Shown here: piece after piece, positions 58,328-64,000 of the stretch
How the letters are laid out: every line of letters starts with the position of its first letter
How positions within the stretch are numbered: position 1 is the first letter of the stretch
Assembly: GCA_963774265.1 (NCBI GenBank)
Contig: CAVZDU010000005.1
Span: forward strand, 416,001-480,000
Direction: 5' to 3'
Origin: an uncultured Chloroflexia bacterium
Lineage (GTDB): Bacteria > Chloroflexota > Anaerolineae > CG2-30-64-16
Length of the DNA: 64,000 nt
The notes under the pieces: model-generated
What the model was told of the DNA's origin: nothing
The model's input: only the letters and a program-made list of their open reading frames with translations
Database searches by the model: none
Position numbers and translations under genes: made by a program

Positions 58328-58436
58328 ATTCACATACCCCATCCCCGAGGGCCCAGCACCTGCGGCTCCGCGCAGGTGCTGGAGATTCAAGATTGACGGT
58401 TATCGACAATCGGCAGTTCTCAGTGCACCAACTGTC

Positions 58437-60241
58437 TTAGGCTGCCGCCGTCTCCCGTGCGAACGCCTGTGTCTTGGCGGCAAGGGCTTCTTCAGCACAA
58501 ACAGCATGCCGGCCGTGACCAGGGTCCCCGCGACGATGGCGATCAGATAGCCGCCCAGGTTGTCGACCGCATTGGGGATGGGCAGCACGAAGATGCCGCC
58601 GTGGGGCACCATGCAGCTCGCACCCGAAGACCATCGAGAGCGCGCCGGTCACCGCCGACCCGACCATCAGGCTCGGGATGGTGCGGAGCGGATCGCGCGC
58701 CGCGAAGGGGATCGCCCCTTCGGTGATGAACGAGATGCCCAGGACGGCCGCCGCGCTGGCCGGCTTCCTGTTCATCGGCCGTGAAGCGGTTCTTGAAGAG
58801 GAAGGCGGCCAGCGCCAGGCCGAGCGGCGGCGTCATGCCCGGCGGCCATCACCGCCGCCATCGGCTCGTAGACCTGGCTGGCCAGCAGGCCGACCGAGAA
58901 GGCATAGGCCGCTTTGTTGACCGGGCCGCCCATGTCAAAGGCCATCATCGCGCCCAGGATCAGGCCGAGCACGACGGCGCTGCCGGTCTGCATCCCCTTG
59001 AGCCAGTTCGTCATGGCGTCATTGACCACTTTCATCGGCGGGCCGATGACGAAGACCATGGCCAGGCCGACGATCAGCGTGGAGAGCAGCGGCAGGATCA
59101 GGACGGGCTTCAGGCCTTGCAGGTTCTTCGGCAGCTTGATGTAGGTGTTCAGCGCCAGGGTCAGGTAGCCGGCCAGGAAACCGGCCACGAGGCCGCCCAG
59201 GAACCCGGACCCCACGGCTGGTGGCCAGCATGCCGCCGATGATGCCGGGCGCGATGCCGGGCCGGTCGGCGATCGAGTAGGCGATGAACGCCGCCAGGAC
59301 GGGCACGAACAGGGCGAACGCCGTGCCGCCGCCGATCTTCATCAAAGCCCACGCCAGCGTGCCTTCGGGATACCCCTCGGGCTTGATGCCGCCGAAGGCA
59401 AACGCCAGGGCGATCAGGATGCCGCCGGCGACGACGATGGGCAGCATGTACGACACGCCGGTCATCAGGTGCTTGTACGGGCCGGTCACCTTGGCGGCGC
59501 GGGCCTTCTTCATCTCCTTGGCCAGGTCGGCCAGGTCGGTGCCCCCCGGCTCCGGCAGGGCCAGGGCTTTCTTGACCACTTCCTGCCCCTCGTGCAGGGC
59601 GGCCTTGGTCGAGGTTTCATAGAGCCGCTTGCCGGCAAAGCGGGTCTTGTCGACGAAGGCATCCGCCGCGATGATCACCGCGTCGGCCCGGCCGATCTCC
59701 TCGAACGTCAGGGTGTTCTGCGCGCCCACCGAGCCCTGCGTCTCGACTTTCATCTCATAGCCCAGGGCCTTGGCTGCCTTGCTCAGGCGCCTCCGCCGCC
59801 ATAAAGGTGTGCGCGATGCCGGTGGGGCACGAGGTGACGCCCACCAGGAACTTCGAGGCGCCGGGCTCGGCCGGCGGCGCGGCGTACGGGCGCGGCGACG
59901 CCGGCGCGGGCGCGGCCGCTGCCGCTTTCGCCTCTTCCGCCTCCGCCAGCGCCTCCTCGATCACGGCGCGGGTCTTGCGGATGGCATCGCTGGTCGAGAC
60001 CGCATAGACGGGCTTGCCGCCGAAGCGGTCCATGTTGATGTGGATATCGGTGGCGATGATGACCATATCGGCTTCACGGATCTCCTGCTCGGTGAGGACG
60101 TTCTTCGCCCCGACCGAGCCCTGCATTTCCGCCCGGAGGGTGTGCCCCATCAGCTTTGGCGGTTTTCTCAAGGGCCTCCGCCGCCATCACGGTGTGGGCA
60201 ATCCCCGTCGGGCAGGCCATGACTGCTACAATTTTGGCCAT
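58437..60241 (-). CDS. fruA: PTS fructose EIIBBC (indels)
   Basis: Two [11 protein letters not shown] domains, HLMTGVSYM and DMGGPVNK motifs. Confidence 0.88.
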
Positions 60242-60296
60242 ATGTCAGCTCCTTTCGATTGATTGCAGATTTCGGTTTGAATCGTCAATCTTCGAT

Positions 60297-61238
60297 TCAT
60301 AGCTCGCGGATCGTGACCCGCTCTCGTGCCGCTTCGACTGCTTCGATGGAGGGCAGCCCCGACCCGATGTGGCTGATGGCGGTCATCGAGAACGCCGTCG
60401 CCAGCCGGGCGCACTCGGCCAGGGAGAGGCCGCGGATCTTCCCGGCGACGATACCGGCGACCATTGCATCGCCGGCGCCGACCGTGCTCTTGACCTCGAC
60501 GGACGGCGGCACCGCCCAGATCGTCTCGTTGCCTTCGACGAAGATGGCGCCCTCCTTTCCCATGGAGACGACCACACTCGCGATGTTGTAGCGCTGCATG
60601 AGCGCGCGCGCCACCCGCACGATGGCGTCGCCGGTCTCCAGTTTCTCCCCGACGAATTCCCCCAGCTCATCGACGTTGGGCTTGATGAGCCAGGGCCCCG
60701 CGGCGACGGCCTGGCCGAAACCCTCGCCGCTGGTGTCCAGCACGACTTTCTTGCCCGCCAGCGTCTTGCACCATCTCCGCGTAGATGCCCGCGGACACCC
60801 CGGCGGGATGCTGCCCGAGAGCACGAACCACTCGTGGTCGGCGGCGAGCTCCGTGAGGATCTCGAAGAGGCGCTCGATATCGGCCGGCTGGGCGTCTGAC
60901 CGGGGAAGTTGATATCGGTGGTCTGATGCTGGGCCATCGTCGCTGATCTTGACGCCGATGCGGGTCGGCCGGCGATGCGGACGCAGCGGTCCTCGATCCC
61001 CTTGTGCTCGAACAGGCGGCGGAAGATCTCGTCATTGTCGGCGCCCAGGAACCCGGTGACCGTGGCAGGCTGGCCGAAGTCCGACAGGAATGAGGCCACG
61101 TTGATGCCCTTGCCGCCCGCATCCATCTGGGAGGACTGCACCCGGTTCACGGCCCCGGCCGTGAAGTTCGGGATGGAGATGGTCTGATCGATGGCCGGAT
61201 TGATGGTGACGGTGACGACCCTGTTCGACTTGGCTCAT
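60297..61238 (-). CDS. fruK: 1-phosphofructokinase (indels)
   Basis: TVTINPAIDQT, GGKGINVA, IKPN and STVGAGD motifs. Confidence 0.88.
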
Positions 61239-61251
61239 AGTCGAGTCCTTT

Positions 61252-63727
61252 CTATGGCAGCGGCAGCGCGCGCACCTCGGCGGCCGTGCGGCAGGCCAGC
61301 GCCTGCCGGGCATAGGCCTGGCACTTGTCCAGGGAGAGGCGGCGCAGCTGCGCCTTGATCGCCGCGATGCTGGGGATGGACATGCTGAGCTCGGTCACGC
61401 CCAGGCCGGTCAGGAGCACCGCGCCCTTGGGATCGCCGGCCATGCCGCCGCACACCCCCACCCACTTGCCGGCGGCCGTCGCCGCCTGCACCGTGCGCTC
61501 GATCATCCGCAGCACGGCCGGATGCAGCCCGTCGGCCTGCTTCGCCAGCATTGGATGCCCGCGATCCATCGCCAGCGTGTACTGGGTCAGGTCGTTGGTG
61601 CCGATGGAGAAGAAGTCGACCTGCTGCGCCAGCTCGTCGGCCATCATGACCGCCGACGGCACCTCGATCATGATGCCGATCTCCACGGCCGGCGCGCCCA
61701 ACTCCCAGCGCACCTCGGCGGCGATCGCCTTGGCCGCCATCAGGTCTTCCAGGGTCGCAATCATCGGGAACATGATCCTGACCGGCCCGTATTGCGCCGC
61801 GCGGTAGATGGCGCGCAGCTGGGCCCGGAAGAGCTCCGGCCTGGCCAGGCAGAGGCGGATGCCGCGCACGCCCAGGAAGGGGTTCTCCTCGGCCGGCATG
61901 TTGAGGTAAGGCGCGGCCTTGTCGCCGCCGATGTCCAGGGTGCGGATGATGAGCGGCAGGCCGTTCAACGCCTGCACCATCGCCCGGTAGGCCTCGAACT
62001 GCTCCTCTTCGGTGGGCGGGGAGGTGCGGTCCAGGAACAGGAACTCGGTGCGCAGCAGGCCCACGCCTTCGCCGCCCGCGTTGACGGCCTGCTCGGCCTC
62101 CTCGACGCGGCCGATGTTCGCCACCACCTCGACGCGGTGCCCATCGGTCATGAGGGCCGGTTCGTAGCAGCGCAGCTTCTCGGCCTCGCGCTGCGCCTCC
62201 ATCGCCTGCCGCGCCTGCTGGGCCGCCGCCAGGGTCGCCGGGCTGGGCGCCACGTAGAGGTTGCCCCGGTTGCCATCCAGGATGGCCATCGCCGCCCTCG
62301 GGCTGGTGCAGCAGGGCCGGGCCGGCGCCGACGACCGCCGGGATGCCCAACGCGCGGGCGATGATGGCGCTGTGCGAGGTGGGGCCGCCGCCGGCGGTGC
62401 AGAAGCCCAGGACGAAGGCCGGATCCAGGCCGGCGGTGTCGGAGGGCGTCAGATCCTCGGCCAGCAGGATGACCGGCTCCGCGGGCAGCAGCGGCCCTTC
62501 TTCGACTGCGGCGCCAGGAAGCCGCAGCACCCGGCTGCCGACATCGCCCAGGTCGACCGCCCGCTCGGCGATCAGCGGATCGTCCACCTTCTTCAGCTCC
62601 GCGACCCGCTGCTCGATCGTCTGCTGCCAGGCCCAGCCGGCGCTGGCGCCCGGTTCGATGTGGCTGACGACCGCCTGCACCAGGTCGGGATCGTCGAGGA
62701 ACTCGGCGTGCGCCAGGAAGATCGACGCCTTGCCTGCGCCCGACCGTGCTTTGACCTCCTGGTAGAGGTCGTTCAACTGCGCCCGGGCGGCCTGCGATGG
62801 CCTGCTTCAGGTGGGTCGTTTCGAGCGTCGGCGTCCTTGGCGGTCGCTTCGACGACGATCTTGCTGCGCTTGAAGAAGCGCAGCGGGCCGATGGCGAGTC
62901 CCGGCGAGGCCGGGACGCCGGGGATGACCTTGGCGCCGGGTTCGGCTTCCCATTCGTAGGCCGGCAGAGCGGCTTCGGCAGCCGGCGCTTCTTCTTCCTC
63001 GCCCAGGCCGCTTTCCACCGCCTCCTTGCAGCGCCTGGAGCGCGGCCGCCTCGTCCGGGCCTTGCGCCATCACCCGGATGACGCTGCCGCCTTCCGACGC
63101 CCAGCTTGAGCAGCGAAGCCAGGCTCTTGCCGTTGGACGACCTTGTCGCCGTAGCGCACCCGCACCTCGGACTGGAACTCCTTCGCCAGGCTGGCAAAGG
63201 TGGTGGCGGGCCGGGCGTGCAGGCCGGTGGGATTGCGGATGGTCAGGTCAACGTAGGCGGGGAAATCGGCCAGCGTCTCGGCGGCGCGCAGCTTGCTGTG
63301 GGCGCCGGCCGCTCAGCGCGTCGATGATGTCGTTGGGGTCGTTCGTCGTGGCGAGCTTGCGGACGGTCTCTTCGTCGGTCAGGACGTTGGTCAGGTTCGC
63401 CAGGATGCCGATGTGCTCGTCCGAGCGGGCGGCGATGGCGACGACCAGGTAGACCGTTTCACCCCGGTTCCACTGCACCCCATCGGGCACCTGCAGGACG
63501 GCGATGCCTGTGCGCAGGATCAGGTCGCGATCCTTCGGCAGTCCGTGCGGGATCGCGATGCCGTTGCCGAGAAAGGTGTTGGCCACCTTTTCCCGGGCCA
63601 TCATGCTGTCAATGTAGCCGGGTTTCATGTACTGGCTCTCGACCAGCAGGGTGCCGGCCTTTCTGATGGCCTCCGCTTTGTTGGCCACCCGGGCATGAAG
63701 TTGTACGTTGCTGCGCTCTAATTCCAT
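61252..63727 (-). CDS. Multiphosphoryl transfer protein EIIA(Fru)-HPr-Enzyme I (indels)
   Basis: GIAIPHG (IIA), GLHARPA (HPr), TSHSAI, GLLRTE and SIGTNDL (EI). Confidence 0.88.
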
Positions 63728-63789
63728 CCTGTTTCGCTCCTGTTGCCGGTAAGCCGTTCGAGAATGATCTCGCATATTCGGTTGGGGGT

Positions 63790-64000
63790 CTATGATCGCA
63801 ATCGGTAGACGCGCGCCTCAAAAGGACGCAACGCCAGTTGGTCAATGCCCTCGGCAGGGTCCACGTCGTAGTTGCTGATAAGCAGTTCCTTGTCCGCAAA
63901 GGCTAGACCTTGGGGCAGCGTAAACGTGGGCGTTTCCCCGGTGAAGTTCAGTATGACTAATAGCTGCTCATCCGCCAGGGTCCGCGTGAAGGCATAGATC
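63790..64000 (-). CDS. C-terminus of GH13 oligo-1,6-glucosidase/alpha-glucosidase (partial)
   Basis: IYAFTR..LLVILNF..LLISNY..LRPFEARVY. Confidence 0.8.
   Translation of the reverse strand, partial: IYAFTRTLADEQLLVILNFTGETPTFTLPQGLAFADKELLISNYDVDPAEGIDQLALRPFEARVYRLRS

Overview
High-GC bacterial window, most likely Chloroflexota (Anaerolineae/Caldilineae-like). This is inferred from YLP[LV]x motifs in secreted proteins, a V/E/K/T-rich lipoprotein linker and lineage-typical palindromic or heptamer repeats. Most of it is metabolic: a LacI-regulated galactoside ABC operon with a GH42 beta-galactosidase and two glycosyltransferases, galT-(deleted galE)-galK, maeB, a P-type ATPase, a Liv-type ABC transporter, gltBD/glnK/amtB, and a fructose PTS operon with class III FBPase. 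There is also an ECF42/DGPF/MoaD/beta-propeller cluster and an IS110 element. Dense single-base indels at about 42.5-47 kb and 58.4-63.3 kb look like long-read consensus errors. Highlights: (1) a divergent four-gene locus at 22.0-27.4 kb in which a cytosolic trypsin-like protease and two single-pass membrane proteins share an N-terminal EAD1-like domain, a candidate receptor-protease signalling or immunity platform; (2) an M28 peptidase with an in-frame UGA followed by a SECIS-like hairpin; (3) an IS110 inserted in a Shine-Dalgarno sequence, with guide-like matches in its noncoding end; (4) tandem terminators with ANTAR-like loops in the gltB leader; (5) repeat-derived in-frame insertions in housekeeping enzymes. 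All calls come from reading the sequence; no database searches were run.
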